A DNA stretch of 56,711 bases from a virus. Taxonomy: Duplodnaviria; Caudoviricetes. Below, in pieces: positions 27,142 to 36,437 of this stretch; within the stretch, counting starts at the first letter, position 1; every line of letters starts with the position of its first letter. The notes beneath the pieces are model-generated. The model was not told the DNA's origin. It did not search any database and saw nothing but the letters and a program-made list of their open reading frames with translations. The position numbers were made by a program, and so were the translations under genes. The stretch spans positions 1 to 56,711 of IMG/VR virus record IMGVR_UViG_3300048587_000675. One strand, written 5' to 3'.

Positions 27142-27740
27142 TTCTCTTCTTCTGATCTATAGAGATAATCGTCTGTTTCGCCAACAGACCAATTCGTTTC
27201 ATCCACAAGATATTCAGTAGTATTGATCTTGTATCCCATAGCAGCTGCGTTACCTTTAACAAGACTGCTGTCATTGAAGACAACACGATTATTTGGATAC
27301 GCAACCAAGTGACCGCTATCCAGTTCGATAATGTGAGCACATTTATGTTCGTTCGGAGTGTCTGAAAGATCACCTTGACCTTCGTAGTCAATCGTGAAAC
27401 GATAGATACCTTTTTCAGTTTTACCGTTTCTGAGTCTAACGCTACAGGCCATGCGCCGAAGAAATTTGAACTCTGTGACTGATACATTGGTAGAAATGTT
27501 TGACCATAACTGCGCGTCAGATAAAGATAACCATCCGTCTTCTTCGGTTGTTTTAAGCGCAGAGATAGGGAGTCCCCAGTAACTTGCTCCGCTTTCAAGG
27601 AGGACGTGGAACTGGAGTGCCTTGTGGTGCGGCGCTTTCGCCGCGTAGAGCCAGCCTCTTTCACTGCCTTCTTTTTTTTTGCCATCCGTCACTGCCCATC
27701 TTGCTACGTAAACTTCCATATATGGTAGATTAATATTCAT
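27138..27740 (-). CDS. Conserved phage hypothetical protein
   Basis: FHVLLESGAxYxxLPISA, YxFTID, EHK and YPNNR motifs; visibly GC-richer than flanks. Confidence 0.65.
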   Translation of the reverse strand: MNINLPYMEVYVARWAVTDGKKKEGSERGWLYAAKAPHHKALQFHVLLESGASYWGLPISALKTTEEDGWLSLSDAQLWSNISTNVSVTEFKFLRRMACSVRLRNGKTEKGIYRFTIDYEGQGDLSDTPNEHKCAHIIELDSGHLVAYPNNRVVFNDSSLVKGNAAAMGYKINTTEYLVDETNWSVGETDDYLYRSEEEK

Positions 27741-28225
27741 TTTGTATATAATTCCATAAAAGCGGCATTTCTTGCATCTTCTATATTCATACCCTGGTTT
27801 ATATACTTTTCAATCGCTCTTTTATAATCCAGGTATTCGATATTAGCGTCTTCAATTATATTATAATCTAGTCTTCTAATAACGTCAAAAATGTTGTCCC
27901 AGTTTTGATTTTCTGTCTTAACATTTTTTATAGTTTCATTTATTTTATAAAATCTTGTCTGTATATCACGATTTCTAGCATTAGTTAGATCGTATATGAC
28001 TTTTCTCTTAGCTTTACTTCTTTTTGTCTTTTTTGTTAACTTATTGCTATAGTATTCTTCATTGAATACAGAAAGCCATTCTTTATCTTTTTGACTTAAT
28101 TCTTTATGATAATCTTGATCAACTAAATAACGTGAGCCTCTGCTAAACGTTCTAGGCTCTAGACCCCAAAGTTTTTTAGTTTTTTGCCTCTTGACCGTCT
28201 TCTTTTTCTTTTTTTGACGGCTCAT
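27737..28225 (-). CDS. Hypothetical basic protein
   Basis: DQDY...KEWLSVFNEEYY...NARNRD; coupled to neighbours. Confidence 0.6.
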   Translation of the reverse strand: MSRQKKKKKTVKRQKTKKLWGLEPRTFSRGSRYLVDQDYHKELSQKDKEWLSVFNEEYYSNKLTKKTKRSKAKRKVIYDLTNARNRDIQTRFYKINETIKNVKTENQNWDNIFDVIRRLDYNIIEDANIEYLDYKRAIEKYINQGMNIEDARNAAFMELYTK

Positions 28226-28550
28226 ACTTCACTTTCTTGTTAACGTAAAATATTACGTTTCTTTGATTTATTTTATAATTTAACATTTCTTTCATAACTA
28301 CATTGAAAGTTTTACATTTTGCAATGTCTTTTTTTTCAATATTATTATCGTTACACCACGATTTATAGTCAGAGTGAAGAACAAACGCTTTAATTGCATT
28401 AGTTCCTTTATCAATATTACATGATTTAATCCATTTGTCAATACTAACATACGGATTAAATTCGTTTTTTATCTTATCTCCAGTATAAGATTGGTGCTTT
28501 CTAACGAAAGATAGCAGTTTAGCTATTTCACTCTTGTCCTGATTCATCAT
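28176..28550 (-). CDS. Putative winged-helix DNA-binding protein (D5 primase C-terminal-like)
   Basis: KWIKSC...LHSDYKSWC...KTFNVVM pattern. Confidence 0.45.
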   Translation of the reverse strand: MMNQDKSEIAKLLSFVRKHQSYTGDKIKNEFNPYVSIDKWIKSCNIDKGTNAIKAFVLHSDYKSWCNDNNIEKKDIAKCKTFNVVMKEMLNYKINQRNVIFYVNKKVKYEPSKKEKEDGQEAKN

Positions 28551-29325
28551 TAAGCTTCTTTAGCTCATTTTCAGTATTATCGTATTCTTTGATATCTTCA
28601 TGTTTATCTTCAATAAAATGAAGCTTCACTTCGGATAATATAGGCATTTTAGTTCTTTCAGAAAACTTCTTCATAAGTCTACCAATTCGTGAGTGATCAG
28701 AAGAAGTGGGTTTCTTTCTAGATCTAAACTTTGACCTTCCAGGGGTGTGTACGATTTTATCAACTAAACCAACCGACAAAGCTTCATCTGCAGTTAAATA
28801 TAAATCTCGTCTCACAATACTATCCCAGAATGTCTTATCTAACCATGAATTATTGGCATAGATTTCATTATATGCATCTTGAACACGTTCAGCTTCTTTT
28901 ACATAAATCTGCATATCAGTGGTTTTGCCTTCAAATCCATCACTACCATCGTGAAGCATAATTGTAGAATTCCTGGATACATAACGTTCATCGCAAACCG
29001 CCATAATCACAGTGGCAGCACTCATAATTGCGCCTCTACCATAAAACACAAATTTACATGGGCTTTCAAGAATCTTATCTACGAGAGCCAGCGAATGGTA
29101 TGGACTACCACCATAGCTACAGCAATGAATCTCAATTGGTTCCTTATTAGTAAGGTCCAAAAGCTTATCGATACCGCGCACGGCTAAGGCGATAGATTCA
29201 AAGCCGATATCATCATCTCCAGCGCCATCTAGATAGCCCAGGTAGACCCTTCTATGAAATAGGTCTACACCGTAGCTTAAATAGGTTTGGAGAATACTAG
29301 GATCTTTACTCCGCTTCCCCGACAC
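28528..29325 (-). CDS. clpP: ClpP-like serine protease (peptidase S14)
   Basis: RRVYL, SYGG, catalytic MSAA / MLHD / RRDLYLTADEAL motifs; start revised to GTG at 29325 with AAGGAG RBS. Confidence 0.85.
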   Translation of the reverse strand: MSGKRSKDPSILQTYLSYGVDLFHRRVYLGYLDGAGDDDIGFESIALAVRGIDKLLDLTNKEPIEIHCCSYGGSPYHSLALVDKILESPCKFVFYGRGAIMSAATVIMAVCDERYVSRNSTIMLHDGSDGFEGKTTDMQIYVKEAERVQDAYNEIYANNSWLDKTFWDSIVRRDLYLTADEALSVGLVDKIVHTPGRSKFRSRKKPTSSDHSRIGRLMKKFSERTKMPILSEVKLHFIEDKHEDIKEYDNTENELKKLNDESGQE

Positions 29326-29848
29326 GCTTTTTCTCCTTATAAACACGATCAACAGCAATTGTGACAACGTAGTTAGATTTTAAAGCGTCGCTATGGAGTG
29401 TAACCTTTTTAACATCACCAGGAACGGTTCCGGTAAGAGCATCAATAATTTCCTTGGGGAGCTGATCATTATCAGAATTTCCAAGGACAATATAAGATTC
29501 TTGAGTTGGTACGCCTTCTGTTTCTTGCCCTTCAACTTCTTCTTTAACACGAAAACGAATAGCATTACCAAGAGCGGCGGGAGTTTCTGCTAATTCTAGT
29601 CCATATAGTTTTTCTTGTACAGACCAGACTGCTTCATTAATCTCTTCTTCTTTAACACCAAGCTTAGTTACAAGCAAAGTTTCAAGAGCGTCCATTTTTT
29701 GCTTAATGGCAATAAGACTCTTCTTAGTTTCATTTGTTAAAACTGTAGCAGCTTCGTAAACTTCAGCTTTAATATCGTCTTTTGTTTGAGCACGAGCAGC
29801 CATCAATACTGCTTGTTGAAAACTCATATTAGATTTAGGACTAGCCAT
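29306..29848 (-). CDS. Trigger-factor-like protein (linker helix plus degenerate FKBP domain)
   Basis: VKEEEINEAV...PAALGNAIRF...EG...YIVLG...LPKEIIDALTGTVPGDVKKV...VTIAVDRV follows the trigger factor linker/PPIase pattern; directly upstream of clpP. Confidence 0.6.
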   Translation of the reverse strand: MASPKSNMSFQQAVLMAARAQTKDDIKAEVYEAATVLTNETKKSLIAIKQKMDALETLLVTKLGVKEEEINEAVWSVQEKLYGLELAETPAALGNAIRFRVKEEVEGQETEGVPTQESYIVLGNSDNDQLPKEIIDALTGTVPGDVKKVTLHSDALKSNYVVTIAVDRVYKEKKRVGEAE

Positions 29849-30144
29849 TATTTATTCTCCTTTTTTTGGTCACATTTTAAACAAAATTCATAGCGTTCAT
29901 TTAAACCAGTATAACATCTCCACTGATGAGCGCAAGACGTATTCGTAGGTTTATTTACAGGCATGTTTTCAAGTTCCTGTTCAGCTTCAAAATCCCATGG
30001 AAAGTAAGTTTTTTTAACTGGAGGTTTTTTAGAACTATCATCGTCATCATCCCAGTTTTGAAAGAAAGCGGCAATACTTTGTTTAGATGAAACGTCTAAA
30101 CTTTTAATCATTTGATGAATATATTTAAAGTTTAATTCTTCCAT
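29848..30144 (-). CDS. Hypothetical protein with C-terminal CxH...CxxC motif
   Basis: CAHQW...YTGL...FCLKC. Confidence 0.55.
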   Translation of the reverse strand: MEELNFKYIHQMIKSLDVSSKQSIAAFFQNWDDDDDSSKKPPVKKTYFPWDFEAEQELENMPVNKPTNTSCAHQWRCYTGLNERYEFCLKCDQKKENK

Positions 30145-30688
30145 GTTTTCTTGCTTTCATCAACTTTTTATTCCACATGTTCATTTTCATTGTACTTACT
30201 TTTGTACAGATTGGCTTTCCAAGCATATGCTCAATCTCATGCTGGATACATTCAGCTTCTACTCCAGTAAGAATGGCGGTTTTATCTTGCCAGTTCATGT
30301 CTTTATATCTTACCGTAACTTCTGTATGTCTGTCAATTGGCTCTTGAAATAAAGGCAAAGAAAGACAACCCTCTTGCATTTGTACAAGTTCACCTTCAGT
30401 TTCAATAATAACTGGATTAATCATTTCAACAACTTGTCTTTTTGAGGGATTGACAGGATCTATTGAATTAGTGTATAATACACAAAATTTCTTATGTACA
30501 CCAATTTGAACTGCAGCTAGACCAACTCCTCGATATTCTTCCATGATTTTAATCATTGGTTTTACCATTTTCTGAAGCTCTGGAAGATCTTCTTGTACAC
30601 AGTCTTCTGATGGCTTTAAAAGCCTCGAATCGGGCCAAGTAACTAGTTGATAAATACCCTTTGGTAGTACATCAGGAAGTTGTAACAT
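30125..30688 (-). CDS. def: Peptide deformylase
   Basis: GVGLAAVQIG, EGCLS and QHEIEH motifs; basic C-terminal helix. Confidence 0.95.
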   Translation of the reverse strand: MLQLPDVLPKGIYQLVTWPDSRLLKPSEDCVQEDLPELQKMVKPMIKIMEEYRGVGLAAVQIGVHKKFCVLYTNSIDPVNPSKRQVVEMINPVIIETEGELVQMQEGCLSLPLFQEPIDRHTEVTVRYKDMNWQDKTAILTGVEAECIQHEIEHMLGKPICTKVSTMKMNMWNKKLMKARKHGRIKL

Positions 30689-30689
30689 A

Positions 30690-30989
30690 TTATTTACCCC
30701 TTTTATCTGAAGGAATTAACCATAGTTTTATTTCAAACTCTTCCATCTTTCTGTCTACTTTTACTTCACAATTACTATAACTAGTGATCATTCTATAATG
30801 CTCTTTATTAGCAGATTTAACAATAACATGACCGGTTACTATGCAGCTATCGCCCCTTAAATTGGTAATATCCTGATCTTGTTCTTTTAAAAAAAGAGTT
30901 GTATTCTTACTCGCAGCACAGCCTGCTAGAATAATATTAAAAGTTAAAAATATAAGTAATTTCATTATTATTTTCTTTCTGTATTTCAA
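30690..30989 (-). CDS. Putative lipoprotein
   Basis: Signal peptide with LAGC lipobox; true start probably the second Met (MKLLIF). Confidence 0.6.
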   Translation of the reverse strand: MKYRKKIIMKLLIFLTFNIILAGCAASKNTTLFLKEQDQDITNLRGDSCIVTGHVIVKSANKEHYRMITSYSNCEVKVDRKMEEFEIKLWLIPSDKRGK

Positions 30990-31419
30990 ATCCGAGTTTT
31001 TGATGTAAATATTTTGAAGCCTCGTTGTCTTTTTTTACAATACCCCGTAGTTTAGTATATCCTTTATTTCTCGCCCAATCAATAGCTAAGTCTAACATAA
31101 TTTCAGACCAACCCTTACCTCTGTGAGCTTCTGCAATAAAAAAAGCCCATTCTTTTGTATTTTGATCATCATCTTTCATATCATTTCTAAATTCAACATA
31201 ACCGATGATTTCATTAGAAGACCCAGTTTTAAAGACTAATTTTGGATAGTTAGTATATTTATATACAGCTTCAAATTCTTCCCAGCTTACAGGCATATTA
31301 CTGTCAGAAAATCTCACCACCTCTGGGTCATTTCTCATTAACCAAACCTGTTTTAAGTCACCCTCTTCCATTTGTTTGATTAATTGCAAAAAACTTCTGT
31401 TTTCGACATTATTTGACAT
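30937..31419 (-). CDS. GNAT N-acetyltransferase (RimJ/RimL/PseH-like)
   Basis: RNDPEV, IIGYV, HRGKG, NEAS...KLGF motifs. Confidence 0.85.
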   Translation of the reverse strand: MSNNVENRSFLQLIKQMEEGDLKQVWLMRNDPEVVRFSDSNMPVSWEEFEAVYKYTNYPKLVFKTGSSNEIIGYVEFRNDMKDDDQNTKEWAFFIAEAHRGKGWSEIMLDLAIDWARNKGYTKLRGIVKKDNEASKYLHQKLGFEIQKENNNEITYIFNF

Positions 31420-31573
31420 TTTTTAAATACCTTAATGTTTTATTATGTTCCTGTTTTATCGCAATGCTGCCAGTTATAAACCCTATTTTATAACCTAGGC
31501 AGAGGAAGAGAAAAAACATAACCCAAATGGGTGTAGGAAATGGATTATATTTATTTATCTTTTTTACAAACAT
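31409..31573 (-). CDS. 54-aa membrane protein missing from the ORF track (MFVKKINKYNPFPTPIWVMFFLFLCLG...)
   Basis: Translated by hand; fills the gap and overlaps both neighbours; one TM segment. Confidence 0.5.
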   Translation of the reverse strand: MFVKKINKYNPFPTPIWVMFFLFLCLGYKIGFITGSIAIKQEHNKTLRYLKNVK

Positions 31574-31751
31574 CGTATTCGTCCCTATATGGTCTAATCA
31601 TATCTCTATACCATTCCAAGGTGCACTCATTGGACATCCCCGTGTCTATATAGAACTCCTGGTATTCTCGCCAAGCATCCATATCCTCTGGTAGATTGCC
31701 AGTGATAATGTCAGTATAAGTTAAACCCGGAGTAGTTTCTTTATTTTTCAT
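31551..31751 (-). CDS. Hypothetical protein
   Basis: Probable start at MKNKET with AAGGAG RBS, inside the 31551-31796 ORF. Confidence 0.5.
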   Translation of the reverse strand: MKNKETTPGLTYTDIITGNLPEDMDAWREYQEFYIDTGMSNECTLEWYRDMIRPYRDEYDVCKKDK

Positions 31752-32409
31752 TACTTTTCTCCTTTTTGACAACTTTACCGCCATCTGTAGTTCCATCGCA
31801 AATTGGTGCGCCTAAAAAATAAGCTGTTGCCAACAGTATGGCAGCTGCTGCATCTTCGTCTTCTCTTTTTAAGTTGAGATTATACCGTTCATTTGCGGCT
31901 CTAATATAAGCGTCATGTTTTGTTACTTTTCTAACTTTTTCTTCACCAATCTTACGGATCGATTTTTTCCCAGTTTTCTTTTTATGCCTTTGAATGCGGG
32001 CATTATTACGTTTTTCCTCCAGGCTGAGACGCGCTGAGGCGAAACTTTTCCACTGGCCGTCCCTAATGTATAAAACATTAGAATTGCCAGTTTTCGTACT
32101 ATTTTCCAGCTCTTTAAGAACGGCAAAGTGAATGAACTCCAAAGCCTTTTGAGAATAATTATTTCTCGACGAGGTTGTTTCTTCAATGATAATTTTATCA
32201 ATTTTCCCATTATATTTATTTATAACCTGTACTAGATCTAAAGCTACCTTTTCAGCAAACTCTACGTAAGAATAAGGATAGGTTTTTTTATCTGTAATCT
32301 TTTTATCTTGTTTTAAAGTCCCATATTCAAGTAAAGTAATATTATTACCGGACATGCTTAAAAAAGCATATCCGGGTTTTGTAGATAAGTCAAGTCCAAC
32401 AATTACCAT
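31741..32409 (-). CDS. RuvC-like Holliday junction resolvase
   Basis: IVGLDLS...G, IIIEE, and C-terminal EDAAAAILLA motifs. Confidence 0.75.
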   Translation of the reverse strand: MVIVGLDLSTKPGYAFLSMSGNNITLLEYGTLKQDKKITDKKTYPYSYVEFAEKVALDLVQVINKYNGKIDKIIIEETTSSRNNYSQKALEFIHFAVLKELENSTKTGNSNVLYIRDGQWKSFASARLSLEEKRNNARIQRHKKKTGKKSIRKIGEEKVRKVTKHDAYIRAANERYNLNLKREDEDAAAAILLATAYFLGAPICDGTTDGGKVVKKEKSNEK

Positions 32410-32417
32410 GATGTGTG

Positions 32418-34412
32418 TTAATCTTCAAATAGAGCAAATCCGCTGCCTTTTTTGGGTTTAGCAAAATCAAGCTTAAACCTAGTGGCATGATCTAGAAGCT
32501 CTTTAACAACCAGTGAGATTGATTTACTATGCAATCTACTTCGAATTACAATCTCTTGCAAATGCGCAATAGAAAATGAATTTACACCGGGATTGTTCTT
32601 TTCATCAAGAGCATCCTTCTCTTCTTTTGTTAGCTTTCTTTTAGCAATAAATTCAACCAGTGAGAGTCGTTCTTTCTGAGAAGGTGGCTCAATTTCAAGC
32701 ATCATATCAAAACGGCCAGGCCTTTGGGCCAAGGAAGCCATGAGGTTCTCAGGGTGATTGGTTGTAGAAATAATCATAGTTGGAATTTTAAACACGTTAT
32801 TAATACCATCGAGGAGGTTTAAAAGACTACTAGAAACTTCATCTCTTCGGCTATATCCCTCGTGACTACTTCCACCAATGTCTTCAATTACTAGAATAAG
32901 CTTAGTTGCTTCTGGTGTATATTCACTATATTTAGTAAAGAATTTAAATACAGTAGACGCGTCAATTTCAGAAGTTGGCCAGTTAATAACAACAGTACCA
33001 GGATCTTTATCTTTAATATCCTTTGCCGCTTGCATGATACTACATGTTTTACCGCAGTTATGAGTAACAGTAAAATCTTCCATTAAATATAAATGATCTT
33101 TGTCTACTGTAAATCCGTAATAATCATCCTCTGGCAACAATTCTAATTTAAATCCATTACGTAAAACATTTTTAATTTGTTTTCTTTTTTCTGCTTTCTT
33201 TCGCTTTAATCTAGAGGGGATCATGTCAATGTCACCTAAAATGGCAACTCTCCAATAAGTACCTTCAGTACCATTTTGACTTTTTTTCTTACAACTTTTA
33301 ATATATGCAGCAAGTCCTAATGATCTTGATAAATATACAACGTCATTTGCTAATTGTTTATTTACTGAAACGTAGTCAAATCTTCCTTTGTTTAAATTTC
33401 CATCGGTGTCTATAATTCCTGCCAAGAGTTCAAGTCTTTGTTGTCTAGAGCTTCTTAGATATTTAACAGGAATATGTTTGTTTTTAATAAGATTCAATGC
33501 TTTTAGTGCATTAAATGCGCGATTTTTTCCGACCTTGGGACCACCATTACGAGCCGTTATAGTATATGTTGAAGATTTATTATTAAGCTGAGTTTGTACT
33601 CTTACATCATGACCAACAACATTAGCATAATCATACCATTCTTGTTTGATTTCGTTATCCATAGTTGTTATGGCAGCCAAATTAGAACTACCATCTCCAA
33701 GCCACAGTCCAAGAACATAGGGATTAATTTCTAAATTTTGTTCTTTAAATTCTACTCCGACTTTATAAAGTTTTAATTTTTCATCATGCTTTGAAATGAT
33801 ATTATTTATTTCTATATTAAAAATTTGATTTTTTACAGAATGAACTAAACTTAAAATATGACCTTTATTTACAATAAAAGAATCACCCTTGGTTGGTATA
33901 ACTTTTACCATTTCTTGGCGACCTCTAACAAGTTTTAAAACCTCTCTGGGTTGACTGTCTGGTCCCATGAGTTTATCACCAACTACAATATCTTGAACAA
34001 GTTTAATTGAACCGTCATGCATTAAAATCCCTTGATTTTTTGCGTGACATCCAGGAAGGCCATATAACAATACGCCTCTCTTTTTTGGTTGACCTAGCTC
34101 TTCATATACAGATAAATTGTTAAAAAACATATCAGCTTCATTTAAAATCATGGCCGTATTTGTAACAGTTGTAAGAAGCTCTCTTTCAACAAATTCCATG
34201 GGGGCAAGTTCAACTGCCGTGCTGGTTTTATTTAAATTATAACTACCGGGTTTGATTACAATAGGCTTTTGTTCTTTTTCTTCTTTTACATAATCAAACT
34301 GTAATACGTAACCCTGGTCCTGTAGAGCAAGGTCGGACTCCGGAATAGTGTCAACCTTTCCTTCGTAAATATCTTTTAAAGTTGTTTTGTTTTTTAATTT
34401 AAAATTACCCAT
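32418..34412 (-). CDS. AAA+ ATPase interrupted by an intein (~333-aa extein)
   Basis: RGVLLYGLPG|CGKT Walker A, LVIED Walker B, LLNLLDG, TTN and RPGRFD motifs. Confidence 0.9.
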   Translation of the reverse strand: MGNFKLKNKTTLKDIYEGKVDTIPESDLALQDQGYVLQFDYVKEEKEQKPIVIKPGSYNLNKTSTAVELAPMEFVERELLTTVTNTAMILNEADMFFNNLSVYEELGQPKKRGVLLYGLPGCHAKNQGILMHDGSIKLVQDIVVGDKLMGPDSQPREVLKLVRGRQEMVKVIPTKGDSFIVNKGHILSLVHSVKNQIFNIEINNIISKHDEKLKLYKVGVEFKEQNLEINPYVLGLWLGDGSSNLAAITTMDNEIKQEWYDYANVVGHDVRVQTQLNNKSSTYTITARNGGPKVGKNRAFNALKALNLIKNKHIPVKYLRSSRQQRLELLAGIIDTDGNLNKGRFDYVSVNKQLANDVVYLSRSLGLAAYIKSCKKKSQNGTEGTYWRVAILGDIDMIPSRLKRKKAEKRKQIKNVLRNGFKLELLPEDDYYGFTVDKDHLYLMEDFTVTHNCGKTCSIMQAAKDIKDKDPGTVVINWPTSEIDASTVFKFFTKYSEYTPEATKLILVIEDIGGSSHEGYSRRDEVSSSLLNLLDGINNVFKIPTMIISTTNHPENLMASLAQRPGRFDMMLEIEPPSQKERLSLVEFIAKRKLTKEEKDALDEKNNPGVNSFSIAHLQEIVIRSRLHSKSISLVVKELLDHATRFKLDFAKPKKGSGFALFED
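33057..34049 (-). mobile_element. Intein with LAGLIDADG homing endonuclease (331 aa)
   Basis: Starts CHAK, ends VTHN, +1 Cys; LGLWLGDG and LLAGIIDTDG motifs. Confidence 0.92.
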
Positions 34413-34626
34413 TTTTGCTCCATGATTTCATTATGTTAATAAAAGTTTTAGCAACACTGCGAATCGAAACACTTCCAGTTATAACGTTTATATATGAATT
34501 ATAATTAAACTGCTTATTGGTTTCATGACTAAATCTATTAAGATGAACACTAGAAGTTCCATTAAAATTAGAACTCTGTCTATTAGTTCTCACACTTGTT
34601 TTATTAGTTTGTTTAACAATATTCAT
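34405..34626 (-). CDS. Hypothetical protein
   Basis: Overlaps both neighbours by a few nt. Confidence 0.45.
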   Translation of the reverse strand: MNIVKQTNKTSVRTNRQSSNFNGTSSVHLNRFSHETNKQFNYNSYINVITGSVSIRSVAKTFINIMKSWSKNG

Positions 34627-36437
34627 GATTTATAAAACGACTCACCATTTTTGTACTCTATTTCAACAACATTTGTAGCAAGAGTGTTTATTAAACTATT
34701 ATGTTCTACCATTATTACACTTCCTGTAATTTTTGTCAACAGTTTACAAATTTTATCCATTGATTGGTCGGATAGATCTTTAAAATACTCATCTAAAATC
34801 AATAGTTTATCAGTTTTACCAAGGCGGGAATGAATTAAATCACTTATAGCAAGGTCAACAGCAAGCATTATTCTTCGGGTTTGACCGCCGCTAAAAAGAC
34901 CTAGTTGTCGTTTTTCTTGATTAATTATCAAATCTGTCTGAATCTTAGATACTTCACCATCTTCGCTTAAATTAATGAATTTAATGTGTATGTCTTGCTC
35001 AAAAAGCTCAGAAAGATAGTAATTAGTTCTGCTATTCAATTCATTTAAAGCTTCCTGAAAGGCTAGAGATTTAACTTCTTTAAAGCCTTCTTTTATGGTT
35101 TCGTACATATGTTTTTTAGTTAACATATCTTTTAGTACAATAGATAAATCGTCTCTGCTTTTTTGATGTTCGAATAATGAATTCTGCAAAAGTTCTATTC
35201 TTTTGTCAATATCTGGATATTCTTTAGTTTTTTGTAATTGCAACTCTTCTTCTACTTTCTGATATTGTTCAGAAAGCATATATGACTTTTCTTTTAGATG
35301 TTTAGCCTCAAGCTCAATTGTTTCAATTTGCTTTAAATCTTCTTCTAAGTTTTTTAAATTAGTATAATAGAACTCATATTCCTCTTGCAGCTTTTGAGTG
35401 GGAATAAACTGTAAAGACTGTAGCTCTTTTGTCTTCTTTTGTATATACTCTTTTTTAGAAGCAATATACTTGTCTTTTGCTTCTAAGTGAAGTATCGATC
35501 CACAGGCATCACAGGATGTTGTATCTTTATCTTTTTGAAGATTTTCTATTTCATTTTTTGATTCTCTTATTTCTTTTTCAAGAGAATTCTTTCTCATTTG
35601 TTTTTCTGCCTGTTGAGAGAGTTCACCTTTTAATCTAAAGGCCGTTTCTCTATAGTTATCGGCAGTAGTTTTTAGTTCTTTTAGATTTTTATAATATTCT
35701 GCCGAAAGAATGGGAATATATCCAACGTTTTCAACTTGTCGTTTTAAATCTTCTTTTTTTAACTCAAGCTGGGCAATAGTTTTAATTCTTTCGCCTTCGA
35801 ATTTTATTCTAATATCTCTTAGTGAGTTAATTTGATCAGAAACAAGCTTAATCGTATGACTTAACTCATTTAATCGATTCTGTTCAACAGTTAATTTTAT
35901 TGAACATTCTCTTGCTACCTCATGGGCTTTCTTGCGAGCATTATCAAAAGCCTCAACATTTGCAATTTGAGAAAGGATTTTACCTTTACCATCTTCATTT
36001 AGTAGAATAAACTTTATTAAGCTATTTTGTGCAAAATATACAGATTGCAAAAATGTTTCATATGTAAACCCAATTTTGCTTTCTATTAGTTTTTGTGTGT
36101 CTCTAGAATCTTTACCTCTAATTGGAGATCTTGATTCTGATGATAACATATAAAGATCATTAGGTTTTCTTTTTCTTTCAATAATAGTTCCATCAAATAA
36201 TTCTACAGAAACTTGACAAGACTTTTCGCCTTGTTTTATGACGTCATCAATTTTTGTATCCTTCGGAATCTCACCGAATAAACACCAGCAAATTGAATTA
36301 AGTATAGATGATTTACCACTGCCTTCTGCCGTATTGTCGTCATAGTTATAACCCTTTAATAAGGTAATACCACTTTGTATATTAAATTCAAGGTCAGACC
36401 AAGACTGGAAATTTTTAACTTTAATAGATTTAATCAT
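34623..36437 (-). CDS. sbcC: SbcC/Rad50-like ATPase (T4 gp46-like)
   Basis: NFQS, GSGKS, FAQ Q-loop, CDAC zinc hook, FSGGQ, ILDE, VEH motifs. Confidence 0.9.
   Translation of the reverse strand: MIKSIKVKNFQSWSDLEFNIQSGITLLKGYNYDDNTAEGSGKSSILNSICWCLFGEIPKDTKIDDVIKQGEKSCQVSVELFDGTIIERKRKPNDLYMLSSESRSPIRGKDSRDTQKLIESKIGFTYETFLQSVYFAQNSLIKFILLNEDGKGKILSQIANVEAFDNARKKAHEVARECSIKLTVEQNRLNELSHTIKLVSDQINSLRDIRIKFEGERIKTIAQLELKKEDLKRQVENVGYIPILSAEYYKNLKELKTTADNYRETAFRLKGELSQQAEKQMRKNSLEKEIRESKNEIENLQKDKDTTSCDACGSILHLEAKDKYIASKKEYIQKKTKELQSLQFIPTQKLQEEYEFYYTNLKNLEEDLKQIETIELEAKHLKEKSYMLSEQYQKVEEELQLQKTKEYPDIDKRIELLQNSLFEHQKSRDDLSIVLKDMLTKKHMYETIKEGFKEVKSLAFQEALNELNSRTNYYLSELFEQDIHIKFINLSEDGEVSKIQTDLIINQEKRQLGLFSGGQTRRIMLAVDLAISDLIHSRLGKTDKLLILDEYFKDLSDQSMDKICKLLTKITGSVIMVEHNSLINTLATNVVEIEYKNGESFYKS

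Noticed and set aside
28528-29325. ClpP as the prohead maturation protease
   Set aside because: Lies on the early strand among host-takeover genes, not beside portal or capsid genes; not fully excluded
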